A stretch of DNA of 63,953 bases, filler included. It is 6 parts of 6 records of this genome, joined end to end, with 100 filler letters (N's around TTAATTAATTAA, not from the genome) between each part and the next. Parts side by side here need not be neighbours in the genome. Positions count along the whole stretch, not along the records: positions 1 to 20,670 come from DRR378314_2667; 5 more parts are not named here. One strand, written 5' to 3'. Under the pieces are notes generated by a model, which was not told the DNA's origin, did not search any database, and saw nothing but the letters and a program-made list of their open reading frames with translations. Position numbers and translations under genes: made by a program. This document shows positions 1 through 9,286 of this stretch, one piece after another. Position 1 is the stretch's first letter. Each line of letters starts with the position of its first letter.

Positions 1-82
1 GTTCCCGGAAGGGCAGAACACAGACCCGCGTCCCCTGCTGGAGGGTCCAACCTTCCCGTTAAAGCGCGATGCACCCAGAAAT

Positions 83-98
83 TGGCATAACCGTTGCA
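83..98 (+). promoter_or_regulatory. sigma-54 (RpoN) -24/-12 promoter upstream of amt
   Basis: TGGCAT-AACCG-TTGCA matches the TGGCAC-N5-TTGCW consensus with exact GG/GC spacing, about 40 nt upstream of an ammonium transporter start. Confidence 0.8.
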
Positions 99-137
99 CC
101 GCCCCCCTAACCAAAGGCTTTTCCCGTGGGGGATCTG

Positions 138-1439
138 ATGGAACGACGCGCCGCGCTACTGCTCACCCTCATCGCCCTGCCCGCTTCCGGCCTGGCCGAC
201 ACCCTGGAATACACCGCCAACGACGTGGTCTGGATCGCCATCGCGGCGGCCCTGGTGTTCCTCATGCAGGCCGGCTTCGCGCTCCTGGAAAGCGGCCTGA
301 GCCGCACCAAGAACGCCATCAACGTGGTGATGAAGAACTACATGGACCTGTGCGTGGGGACGCTGATGTTCTGGGCGCTGGGCTTCGGCCTGATGTTCGG
401 CGTCAATCCCAGCGGCTGGGTGGGCCAGGACCTGTTCGCGCCCAGCCAGGGCAACAGCGATCTGTGGACCCTGCTGCTGTTCCAGCTGATGTTCGCCGCC
501 ACCGCCGCCACCATCGCGTCCGGGGCGATGGCGGAACGCACCCGCTACCTGGGGTATCTGTGCGGCGCCATGCTGATCACCGGGCTGGTCTACCCGCTGT
601 TCGGCAACTGGGCGTGGAACAGCGACGGCTGGCTGGCGGCTCTCGGGTTCATCGACTTCGCCGGCTCCACCGTGGTCCACAGCGTCGGCGGCTGGTGCGC
701 GCTGGCGGGCATCATGGTGGTGGGGCCGCGCCTGGGCCGCTTCGACAACCAGGGGCGGCCACGGGAGATTCGCGGCCACAATTTATCGTTCGTCGCCCTG
801 GGCGGGTTCCTGTTGTGGTTCGGCTGGTTCGGCTTCAACGGCGGCTCCACCCTGGGGGCCGACGTCAATATCGCGCTGATCAACCTCAACACCCAGCTGG
901 CGGCCGCCGCCGGCGCCCTGGGGGCCGCGCTCTACCGGGTTATCGCCCGCCGCCCGGTGCTGCTCACCGAAACCGTCAACGGCAGCCTGGCCGGGCTGGT
1001 GGCGATCACCGCCGGCTGCGCCACCATGACGCCGGGCTTCGCGATTATCACCGGGCTGCTGGGCGGGCTGCTGGTGGGCCCGGGCAGCCGCCTGCTGTTG
1101 TCGATGAAACTGGACGACGTGGTGGGCGCGGTGCCGGTGCATGCGTTCGCCGGGGCCTGGGGCACGCTGGCCGCCGGGCTGTTCTACCAGGGCGACCTGT
1201 TCGACCCGCAGCGGGTCACGGTGCAGTTGCTGGGCATTGTGGTCGCCTTCGCCTGGGCGTTCTTCGCCGCCTTGATCCTGTATATGGTGCTGTCGCTCAC
1301 CGCCGGCCTGCGGGCGCCCAGCCAGCATGAACAGCGGGGCCTGGACGTCAGCGAGCACGCCGAGCTGGGCTACCCGGAATTCGCCCAGCAGCACCTCTAC
1401 GACGCCGATGTGGCCAGCGGCCTGGATAGCCCACGATGA
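138..1439 (+). CDS. amt: ammonium transporter (Amt family)
   Basis: Motifs LMQAGFALLESG, FQLMFAATAATIASGAMAER, DFAGSTVVH, WFGWFGFNGGS and DDVVGAVPVH (twin His present). ATG138 follows GGGGGA; GTG126 is an alternative start. Confidence 0.96.
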   Translation: MERRAALLLTLIALPASGLADTLEYTANDVVWIAIAAALVFLMQAGFALLESGLSRTKNAINVVMKNYMDLCVGTLMFWALGFGLMFGVNPSGWVGQDLFAPSQGNSDLWTLLLFQLMFAATAATIASGAMAERTRYLGYLCGAMLITGLVYPLFGNWAWNSDGWLAALGFIDFAGSTVVHSVGGWCALAGIMVVGPRLGRFDNQGRPREIRGHNLSFVALGGFLLWFGWFGFNGGSTLGADVNIALINLNTQLAAAAGALGAALYRVIARRPVLLTETVNGSLAGLVAITAGCATMTPGFAIITGLLGGLLVGPGSRLLLSMKLDDVVGAVPVHAFAGAWGTLAAGLFYQGDLFDPQRVTVQLLGIVVAFAWAFFAALILYMVLSLTAGLRAPSQHEQRGLDVSEHAELGYPEFAQQHLYDADVASGLDSPR

Positions 1440-2050
1440 GCCCGGAAGAACGCCACCGCCGCGCCATCGCCACCGGCCTGGCCCCCTATCTGGACAGCCG
1501 CCAGGTGCCGGAGGCGGTGGCCCTGTGGCAGCGCGACTACGCCCACCGCCCGCGCTTTTCGCTGCAGGGCTACGTGAGCCATATCAGCCGCCTGTTCGAG
1601 GTGGAGGGCCGGCGCCATGATCTGCACCTGAGTCTGGTGCAGGCGATGACCCTGCCGGACCGGGAACTGCTGCCCGACCCGCTGGGGGACGAGGACGGCG
1701 CCCACCGGGCCCACCCCTGCACCGAGGCGTTCCAGCTTCTGATGCGCGCCCTGTGGGCGCAGCTCGACGCGGGCCAGGCCGGCCAGGTGCGTCTGGATCA
1801 GCTCACCGACCTGCGCCGCCCGGGCGTCGACCCGGCCCTGCGTGACACCCTCGAATACTGGCTCAACCACGCCGACGGCGACCTGGCGCCGCTGGACCAG
1901 GATCAGCTGCGGCGTTTGCTTAACCGCGCCTATGTGTTGCTGTGCGAACGGTTCGGCCCGGTGCACAGTGACCGGCTGCTGAAACTGGCCGTCGACCGCG
2001 TGCGCGGGCAGCGCCCGGGGCTGGAATCCGCGCTGCACGCCCTGCTCTGA
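1436..2050 (+). CDS. hypothetical protein, translationally coupled to amt
   Basis: 204-aa ORF with high-GC3 codon usage; its ATG overlaps the amt stop (ATGA); no recognisable motif. Confidence 0.8.
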   Translation: MSPEERHRRAIATGLAPYLDSRQVPEAVALWQRDYAHRPRFSLQGYVSHISRLFEVEGRRHDLHLSLVQAMTLPDRELLPDPLGDEDGAHRAHPCTEAFQLLMRALWAQLDAGQAGQVRLDQLTDLRRPGVDPALRDTLEYWLNHADGDLAPLDQDQLRRLLNRAYVLLCERFGPVHSDRLLKLAVDRVRGQRPGLESALHALL

Positions 2051-2121
2051 CGGCCGACGTTGCTTGCCAGTGGTTCAAAGGGGTCATTATGCTAGCCCAC
2101 ACTGTGTAATCGGGGCGCTGA

Positions 2122-3411
2122 ATGAAATTACATCACCAGATATTTCTGGCCATGGTGCTGGGCGGTATTGCCGGGGCGCTCACCGAAGAGAGCACCCGGC
2201 TGTTGGGGCTGCCGCTGCTGCCCGGCTATGACCTGATCGGCGATCTATTCATCAATGCCCTGAAGATGGTGGTGGTGCCGCTGATCACCACCGCCATTAT
2301 CAGCGGCATGGTCAACGTGGGCGACGGCGACGATCTCGGCCGGCTGGGCCTGAAAACCGTGCTGTTCTACCTGAGCACCAGCCTGATCGCGGTGTTGGTG
2401 GGGCTGGTGGTGGTGAATCTGATCGCCCCCGGCGTGATCGACGGCCAGCCGGCGCGGAACCTGCTGGGCCTGTCGGCGGACACCGACCGGGCCCTGGCCA
2501 GCATCGAGGGCCGCGGCGCCGGCGACTTCACCGAGATTCTGCGCCAGTTGCTGCCGCCCAACCTGTTCCAGGCCGCCGCCGAAACCCAGATGCTGGGGCT
2601 GATCGTGTTCTCGCTGTTCTTCGGCTTCTTCCTGCGCACCCTGCCCGGCGCGCCCGGTGAGCATCTGCGCCAGGTGGTGGAAGGCATCTATCAGGTGACC
2701 ATGCGCATCACCATGGTGATCATCCGCTTCGCGCCGCTGGGCGTGTTCGGCCTGATCGCCGCCACCGTCACCCGCACCGGACTGGACGCGGTGGAGCCGC
2801 TGGCGCTGTTCTTCGTCACCGTGTTGCTGGCGCTGGGCATTCACATGTTCGGCGTGATGCCGCTGCTGATCCGGCTGTTCGCCAAACGCTCGCCGGTGCG
2901 TCATCTGCAGGCCATGGCGCCGGCGCTGATGACCGCCTTTTCGTCGGCCAGCTCCGCCGCCACCCTGCCGCTGAGCATGGACTGCGTGCAGAAGCGCTCC
3001 GGCGTGTCCAAGCGCACCTCCAGCTTCGTGCTGCCGCTGGGCGCCACCGTCAACATGGACGGCACCGCCCTGTACGAGTGCGTGGCGGCGATCTTCATCG
3101 CCCAGGCCTACGGCATGGACCTGTCCCTGACCACCCAGTTCGTGATCGTGCTGACCGCCCTGCTCACCTCCATCGGCGTGGCCAGCATTCCCGCCGCCAG
3201 CCTGGTGGCGATCACCGTGATCCTGGGCACTATCGGCCTGCCCGCCGAAGCGATCGGCCTGATTCTGGTCACCGACCGGCTGCTGGATATGTGCCGCACC
3301 GCGGTGAACGTCTGGGGCGACAGCGTCGGCGCGGTGATCCTGGCGCGCAGCGAAGGCGAAGAGGGCGTGCTGCGCACTCCCATGAAAGAACTCGAGACGG
3401 AACGGGCCTGA
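2122..3411 (+). CDS. dicarboxylate/amino acid:cation symporter (DAACS, GltP-like)
   Basis: AFSSASSAATLP, LPLGATVNMDGTALY and DRLLDMCRTAVNVWGD signature motifs. Confidence 0.93.
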   Translation: MKLHHQIFLAMVLGGIAGALTEESTRLLGLPLLPGYDLIGDLFINALKMVVVPLITTAIISGMVNVGDGDDLGRLGLKTVLFYLSTSLIAVLVGLVVVNLIAPGVIDGQPARNLLGLSADTDRALASIEGRGAGDFTEILRQLLPPNLFQAAAETQMLGLIVFSLFFGFFLRTLPGAPGEHLRQVVEGIYQVTMRITMVIIRFAPLGVFGLIAATVTRTGLDAVEPLALFFVTVLLALGIHMFGVMPLLIRLFAKRSPVRHLQAMAPALMTAFSSASSAATLPLSMDCVQKRSGVSKRTSSFVLPLGATVNMDGTALYECVAAIFIAQAYGMDLSLTTQFVIVLTALLTSIGVASIPAASLVAITVILGTIGLPAEAIGLILVTDRLLDMCRTAVNVWGDSVGAVILARSEGEEGVLRTPMKELETERA

Positions 3412-3415
3412 GCGA

Positions 3416-4216
3416 ATGAAACCGGTTCTTTTGATCACCGGCGCCGCCCACGGCCTGGGCCGGGCGCTCGCTCTCGGCGCCGCGCGGGACTATAAGCTGG
3501 CGCTGCTCGACCGGGAACGGGTGGCCGGCGAGCAGCTCGCCGACGCGCTGCGCCGGGACGGCGCCGAGGTGCTGTTCGTGCACGCCGACGTGGCCGTGGA
3601 GGCGGACTGGCGCCACGCGCTGGAGCGGGTACAGCGGCGCTGGGAACGGCTCGACATCCTGATCAACAACGCCGGGCTGGCCGCCATGGGCCCGTTCGAG
3701 GGACAGACCCCGGCCACCTGGGAACAGCTCTGGCACACCAACCTGATGGGCGCGGTCCACGGCTGTCGCACAGCCTTGACGATGATGAAGCGCCAGGGTG
3801 ACGGCCACCTGATCAACGTGGCGGCGCTGGCGGGCATCACCGCGCCGCCGGGCATGGCCGCCTATGTGGCCTGCAACGCCGCGCTGATCCGCTTCAGCGA
3901 GGCCCTGGCGGCGGAGCTGGACGGGCTCAATATCGGCGTCAGCGTGGTCTGTCCGGATCTGTTCTCCAGCGACATGAGCCGGCGCATGCCCAACGCCGAT
4001 CCGCTCAGCCGTGCCCGCCTGCAGCGCGCCATGGACGACGCCCCGGAAAGCGCCGCCGAGGTGGCGGACACCATCCTTCAGCAGATGGGCAAGCGGCCGC
4101 TGTACCTGTTTCCACAGCCGGAGGCCCGCCGCGACTGGCGCAGGAAGCGCTGGCGCCCGGAACGCTTCGTGGCGCGCATGGCGAAACTGGGCAGCAGCCT
4201 GCGCCGCTATCGTTGA
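3416..4216 (+). CDS. SDR-family oxidoreductase-like protein (atypical active site)
   Basis: TGAAHGLG and LINNAG motifs; YxxxK reads YVACN. Confidence 0.85.
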   Translation: MKPVLLITGAAHGLGRALALGAARDYKLALLDRERVAGEQLADALRRDGAEVLFVHADVAVEADWRHALERVQRRWERLDILINNAGLAAMGPFEGQTPATWEQLWHTNLMGAVHGCRTALTMMKRQGDGHLINVAALAGITAPPGMAAYVACNAALIRFSEALAAELDGLNIGVSVVCPDLFSSDMSRRMPNADPLSRARLQRAMDDAPESAAEVADTILQQMGKRPLYLFPQPEARRDWRRKRWRPERFVARMAKLGSSLRRYR

Positions 4217-4221
4217 TGCAC

Positions 4222-4728
4222 TTATTGCTGATGCACTTCCTCGATATAGCGCAGGGTGTGGCGGTAATCGCCCTCCAGCGCCTTATCGAAACGCTCGCCG
4301 ATCAAACGCTCCAGTTTGCGACCCACCAGCGGCAGGGATGAATGCACCGCCACGCGGGTGATCTGGCGGGACTGATCGCCGTCGGCGAGCAGCGTCATGG
4401 TGCCGCTCACCTTCACCGGCACATTGCCCAGCTGAAAGCGATAGTCCGCCTGGTAGCCGCCGGTGGCCGGGCGCCAGTGGAATTCGGTGGTCAGTTCCGC
4501 TTCCGAGGGCAGCAACTTGCGCGCGAAGGCGGGCACCTTGTCCAGACGGATTTCGATGGGCTGCGCAATACGGATGAGGAAGCCGTCGCCGGCCGGTTCG
4601 AACACCTCAAAGCGGTAATCGTCCACTTTGCCCCATTGATAACGCTGTTCGAAAAACGCCCGGCTGGTGAGAATGCCGTACAGCTCTTCAACATTCACCG
4701 GATAGCGGCGTTCCGCGGTGACATCCAT
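4222..4728 (-). CDS. DUF2505-like (SRPBCC/START-fold) protein
   Basis: 168-aa ORF MDVTAERRY... after an RBS (GGGAGA); C-terminal SSLPLVGRKLERLI resembles DUF2505. Confidence 0.7.
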   Translation of the reverse strand: MDVTAERRYPVNVEELYGILTSRAFFEQRYQWGKVDDYRFEVFEPAGDGFLIRIAQPIEIRLDKVPAFARKLLPSEAELTTEFHWRPATGGYQADYRFQLGNVPVKVSGTMTLLADGDQSRQITRVAVHSSLPLVGRKLERLIGERFDKALEGDYRHTLRYIEEVHQQ

Positions 4729-4869
4729 GGTTTTCTCCCGAGTAATAAGATGCCCTGAAGGCCAATCGCCGGCGTACCGGTAGGCCCGGGGCGAAGGCAA
4801 AGCTACACTGCGCCGACAAGCCATTTCAATTGTTCGGCGACTGCCCCTCGTCAAAAGTAAGGAGCGAGC

Positions 4870-6051
4870 ATGAGTGCCACCCGTCCCTACGCCCTGGTTC
4901 TGTACGGCGCCACCGGTTTCACCGGCGGCCTGTGTGCCCGCTATCTGGCCCGCAAGCTGCCCGCGGGCACGCCCTGGGCCCTGGCGGGCCGCAACCGCGC
5001 CAAGCTTGAGCAGGTGGCCGCCGGCCTGCCCGGCGACAACCCGCCGGAGCTGATCGAGGCGGACAGCGGCGACCCCGCCAGCCTCACCGCCCTGGCCGCC
5101 CGGACCCGCGCCCTGGCCAGCACCGTGGGCCCCTACATGCAATACGGCGAGCCGCTGGTGCGCGCCTGCGTGGAACAGGGCACCCATTACTGCGACCTCA
5201 CCGGCGAACCGGAATTCGTCAACACCCTGCTGAGCCGCTACCACGAGGCCGCCCAGGCCCGCGGCTGCGCGCTGGTCAACTGCTGCGGCTTCGACTCGAT
5301 TCCCCATGACGCCGGGGTGTTGTTCGCGATCCGCGAACTGACCCTGGAGCACGGCGGCAAACTGGACGGCCCGGTGACCGCCGAAGGCGCGGTGGCGTTC
5401 TCCGCCAAGTTTTCCGGCGGCACCTGGCGCTCGGCGCTGGAGGCGTTCGCCCGGCCCGGCGCCAACCAGCGCAGCCAGCGCGACGCCCAGGTGCGCCTCA
5501 AACAATGGTACCCGCGCAAGGTGGGCGGTCTGGCGCCCAAGCCGCACAAGGACGACGCCCTGGGCGGCTGGCTGGCGCCCATGCCGACCATTGATCCGAT
5601 GGTGGTGATGCGCTCGGCCCGGGCGCTGGACGATTACGGCCCGGAGTTCCGCTACGGCCATTATCTGGTCACCGGCGGGCTGGGCAAGCTGATCGGCGGC
5701 GCCGCCGGCGTCGGCGGGCTGGTGCTGGCGGCCCAGATCGGCCCGCTGCGGCGCCGTCTGATGAAGCTCAACCCGGCCGGTCAGGGCCCGGATGAAGCCA
5801 CCCGCGCCCGTTCCTGGTTCCAGGTGAAGGTGCGCGCCCGTTGCGGCGACAGCGAAGTGCTGTGCCGGGTGTCCGGTGGCGATCCCGGCTACGACGAAAC
5901 CGCCAAGATGCTCTCGGAAACCCTGATGGGCCTGGCGCTGGACGAGGGTTACCCCATGCACACCGGCGTGGTCACCCCGGTGATGGCGCTCGGCGACCGC
6001 CTGATCGACCGGCTCGAAGCCGCCGGCATGCTGTTCGAGCGCAACGCCTGA
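4870..6051 (+). CDS. saccharopine dehydrogenase-like / trans-acting enoyl reductase family oxidoreductase
   Basis: LYGATGFTG, STVGPY..YGEP, HYCDLTGE, CCGFDSIPHD and GDPGYDET motifs; RBS AAGGAG. Confidence 0.9.
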   Translation: MSATRPYALVLYGATGFTGGLCARYLARKLPAGTPWALAGRNRAKLEQVAAGLPGDNPPELIEADSGDPASLTALAARTRALASTVGPYMQYGEPLVRACVEQGTHYCDLTGEPEFVNTLLSRYHEAAQARGCALVNCCGFDSIPHDAGVLFAIRELTLEHGGKLDGPVTAEGAVAFSAKFSGGTWRSALEAFARPGANQRSQRDAQVRLKQWYPRKVGGLAPKPHKDDALGGWLAPMPTIDPMVVMRSARALDDYGPEFRYGHYLVTGGLGKLIGGAAGVGGLVLAAQIGPLRRRLMKLNPAGQGPDEATRARSWFQVKVRARCGDSEVLCRVSGGDPGYDETAKMLSETLMGLALDEGYPMHTGVVTPVMALGDRLIDRLEAAGMLFERNA

Positions 6052-6052
6052 T

Positions 6053-6514
6053 TCAGACGAAGTACATCAGCAGCCATTCGGCCACCAGGGCGGGCTTGTC
6101 CTCGCCCTCGATGTCCACCGTGAACAGGAATTTCAGCAACCACTGGCCGGGCTTCTTCTCATTGGCTTCGATCAGAGTGGCGCGGGCACGGATGCGCGCG
6201 TCGACCTTGACCGGGGCCATGAAGCGGAGCTTGTCGAAGCCGTAGTTCATGCCCATTTTCATGCCGCGCGGCACCAGAAAATCATCGATGCTGGTCTGCA
6301 GGTACGGCAGCAGCGACAGCGTCAGGTAACCGTGGGCGATGGTGGTGCCGAACGGCGTCGCCTTGGCGCGCTCCGGATCCACATGGATAAATTGATGGTC
6401 CAGGGTGGCGGCGGCGAAGTCGTTGATGCGCCCCTGGTCGATGGTGAACCATTCCGAGGCGCCCATGTCCTCGCCGACGTACTCGTTGATCTGTGCGGCT
6501 TCCACCACTTTCAT
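6053..6514 (-). CDS. MaoC-family dehydratase (hot-dog fold)
   Basis: FAAATLDHQFIHVD, FGTTIAHGYLTLSL and NYGFDKLRFMAPV motifs. Confidence 0.92.
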   Translation of the reverse strand: MKVVEAAQINEYVGEDMGASEWFTIDQGRINDFAAATLDHQFIHVDPERAKATPFGTTIAHGYLTLSLLPYLQTSIDDFLVPRGMKMGMNYGFDKLRFMAPVKVDARIRARATLIEANEKKPGQWLLKFLFTVDIEGEDKPALVAEWLLMYFV

Positions 6515-6618
6515 GCCCGGCTCTCCTCGCGTTTTTTATTAAGGTTTCACTACCGCGAGGATAACCGTGCCCGCCGGCGCCGCCATGACGGTATGGCTCG
6601 CCGGCGCCAATGTTTTGG

Positions 6619-7473
6619 TCAACCGAGGAAGGCTTTAATGGCCGCCGCCACCGGCAGCGGGTCGTCCATGTGCAGATGGTGACGCCCGGGCAGGCGGGTG
6701 ACCCGCACGTCGCGCAGCCACTCGATGCGGTGATCGAAGCGCCCGTCGCCGCCGAGCCCCTCATTACCCAGCACCAGCAAGGTGGGCGCGGTGATGCGCT
6801 CGACGAACCCTTTCACCTGGTCGTCGGTGAGCCGCAGTGACGAGGTGATACGCAGCCGCGCGTCGGTGCGCCAGGTCCAGCCGCCGTCCACCTGCTCCAG
6901 CCCGCGCTCGCACAGCAACCGGGCCGAGCTTTCCTCCAGGCCGCCCAGGGCCGGCAGCCGCGCCGCCACCGCCTGCTCCGGATCCGCGTACACCGGCTTG
7001 CGCTTGTCCGGCAGCGCCTGCATCTGGTCGATGGCTTTACGCAGGTTGGGCGCCACTTCGTCGGCGGCGGTGGCCGGTGGTCCCAGGCCTTCGATCAGCA
7101 CCAGGCGGCTGACCCGTTCCGGGAAGGTGGCGGCGAACAAACAGGCGACGCCGGCGCCCATGGAATGGCCGACCAGCACGAAGCGGTCCCAGCCCAACTG
7201 ATCGGCCACCGCCAGCACGTCGCGGACGTGGTCCACGTAATGGGTGGCCTGATGGCGCGGGCGGTGCTCGGAATGGCCGTGGCCGGCGAAATCCAGCGCC
7301 ACCAGCGGATGGCCGAGCGGTTCCGCCAGCGGCTGAAAGGAGGCGGCGTTGTCCAGCCAGCCGTGCAGCGCCAGCACCGGTTCGCCCTCGCCGGGCCACT
7401 GCAGGCCGGCCAGTTCCTGGCCGTAGGCGCGGAAGCGGCGTTCCACCGGAGTCCGGGACGGGTTAGCGGGCAT
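6619..7473 (-). CDS. alpha/beta hydrolase
   Basis: LHGWLDNA, GHGHS, GHSMG nucleophile elbow and GRHHLH; start assumed at MPANPSR, overlapping the upstream gene. Confidence 0.88.
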   Translation of the reverse strand: MPANPSRTPVERRFRAYGQELAGLQWPGEGEPVLALHGWLDNAASFQPLAEPLGHPLVALDFAGHGHSEHRPRHQATHYVDHVRDVLAVADQLGWDRFVLVGHSMGAGVACLFAATFPERVSRLVLIEGLGPPATAADEVAPNLRKAIDQMQALPDKRKPVYADPEQAVAARLPALGGLEESSARLLCERGLEQVDGGWTWRTDARLRITSSLRLTDDQVKGFVERITAPTLLVLGNEGLGGDGRFDHRIEWLRDVRVTRLPGRHHLHMDDPLPVAAAIKAFLG

Positions 7474-8323
7474 TGCGGGCGCCCTCCCCGGCTTCCGCGC
7501 CGCCTTGCCGGTGGTCCGGACCAAGCACCCCGTCCAGGGCGCGCAGCACCAGTTGCGCGGTGCCCTCCGGGCGCTCTAGCGGGTACATATGGCTGCCCGG
7601 GGCGAACAGGCGCGTCATCCGGTGGCGGCGGGCGTGGCGGGCACCGCCGAGGTGGAACAGTTTCGGCGATTGCTCGCCGGTGACCAGCACGCCGGGCACC
7701 CGGGTGCGCGGCAGCGCCGTGACCCCGGTGGGGGTCTCGCGGAACACCGCCACTTCCACCTCCGGGCGGAAGCGCAGACGCCAGCCGTCGCCGTGGCGCT
7801 CCAGGCCGGCTTCCAGGTAGTTCTTCAGCGACCGCGGGTCGAACGCCTTGAACAGGCCGCGGGAGTTGAAATAGCTCTCCACGTCGTCCCAGCTGGCCCA
7901 GTAATCCAGCCGGCCTTTGCTCTTTTTCGCCGGCGAGAAACGGTCGCCCTGCCCGGTCAGCCGGGCGAGACGGTAGGCGGCGCCCTGCAGGCCGTTGGCC
8001 AGGGGCGGATCGAGCATCACCTGGGCCCGGAACCAGTCCGGATGGCGGTGGGCGACCCAGAACATCAGCACCGAACCCATCGAGTGCCCCAGACCGATAA
8101 TCGGCTTGGGCAGCGGTTCGAGGAAGGCTTCCAGTTCCAGGCTCAGGCTTTTCCAGTCCCGGTCCACCGGGTAACGGGGGTCCTGGCCGAGGCACTCCAC
8201 CACATGAATGTCGTAGTGCTCCGCCAGGGGCGCCAGGAAGGTGTCGTAGCTGTGCCCGGGCACGCCGTTGGCGTGGGCAAAGGCCAGCACCGGTTTGCGT
8301 CCCGCCGCCGCTTGGGTGTTCAT
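7463..8323 (-). CDS. alpha/beta hydrolase
   Basis: FAHANG, GHSMG and GSHMYPLE motifs; ATG8323 follows the GAGGAG RBS. Confidence 0.85.
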   Translation of the reverse strand: MNTQAAAGRKPVLAFAHANGVPGHSYDTFLAPLAEHYDIHVVECLGQDPRYPVDRDWKSLSLELEAFLEPLPKPIIGLGHSMGSVLMFWVAHRHPDWFRAQVMLDPPLANGLQGAAYRLARLTGQGDRFSPAKKSKGRLDYWASWDDVESYFNSRGLFKAFDPRSLKNYLEAGLERHGDGWRLRFRPEVEVAVFRETPTGVTALPRTRVPGVLVTGEQSPKLFHLGGARHARRHRMTRLFAPGSHMYPLERPEGTAQLVLRALDGVLGPDHRQGGAEAGEGARNAR

Positions 8324-8461
8324 CCAGCGCTCTCCTCGAAAAATCGGCAATGCAAAAAGGACCATGATAACCGCCCCCGGCGGCAAACCCATGGCGAAAT
8401 CCGCCAACGCGCGGACAGTTCGCGTCGGGGATTGTACAATGCGCGGCAAACAGGAGGTGTC

Positions 8462-9286
8462 ATGACGCTGATCTCGTTCAATATCAATGGTATTCGCGCA
8501 CGCTTGCATCAACTGGAAGAGCTGCTGGGCAAATACAAACCCACCCTGGTGGGCCTGCAGGAAACCAAGGTTCAGGACAGCGAGTTTCCGGAACAGGCGA
8601 TCCGCGACCTGGGCTATCACCCCTATTATCACGGCCAGAAAGGCCATTACGGGGTGGCGCTGCTAACCCGGGAACCGCTGGAGGAGGTGCAATACGGTTT
8701 TCCCTCCGACGGCGAGGACGCCCAGCGCCGCATGATCATCGGCCGGCTGCGTGACGCCGACGGCCAGCCACTGACGGTGCTCAACGGTTATTTCCCGCAG
8801 GGCGAAAACCGCGAGCATCCGGTGAAGTTTCCCGCCAAGGAAAAGTTCTACCAGGATCTGCAGCATTATCTGGAGAACCACCACGACGCCAGCGAGAAGC
8901 TGGCCATCATGGGCGATTTCAATATCTCCTCCACCGACCTGGACATCGGCATCGGCGAAGCCAACCGCAAGCGCTGGCTGCGCGAGGGCAAGACCAGCTT
9001 TCTGCCCGAGGAACGGGAATGGTGGCAGCGTCTGATCGACTGGGGCCTGGAAGACACTTTCCGCTGCCGGTACCCGGACACCGACGACGTGTTTTCCTGG
9101 TTTGATTACCGTTCCAGAGGCTTTGAACGGGACCCGCGCCGCGGCCTGCGCATTGATACCGTGCTGGCCACCAAGCCCCTGGTGGAGCGCCTGACCGATT
9201 GCGGCGTCGACTACGAGATGCGCGCCATGGAGCGCCCTTCGGACCACTGCCCGGTGTGGAGCCGGTTCGATAACCTGCCCTCATGA
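8462..9286 (+). CDS. xthA: exodeoxyribonuclease III
   Basis: [42 protein letters not shown] and PSDHCPV; RBS CAGGAGG. Confidence 0.96.
   Translation: MTLISFNINGIRARLHQLEELLGKYKPTLVGLQETKVQDSEFPEQAIRDLGYHPYYHGQKGHYGVALLTREPLEEVQYGFPSDGEDAQRRMIIGRLRDADGQPLTVLNGYFPQGENREHPVKFPAKEKFYQDLQHYLENHHDASEKLAIMGDFNISSTDLDIGIGEANRKRWLREGKTSFLPEEREWWQRLIDWGLEDTFRCRYPDTDDVFSWFDYRSRGFERDPRRGLRIDTVLATKPLVERLTDCGVDYEMRAMERPSDHCPVWSRFDNLPS

Noticed and set aside
7-56. Nested stem-loop upstream of amt as a riboswitch
   Set aside because: The stems are only 5-6 bp in GC-rich DNA, it lies upstream of the sigma-54 promoter, and it matches no aptamer I recognise
4729-5961. N-terminal extension of the 579-aa minus ORF 4222-5961
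   Set aside because: Antisense to the 4870-6051 oxidoreductase; the real start is ATG4728 with an RBS
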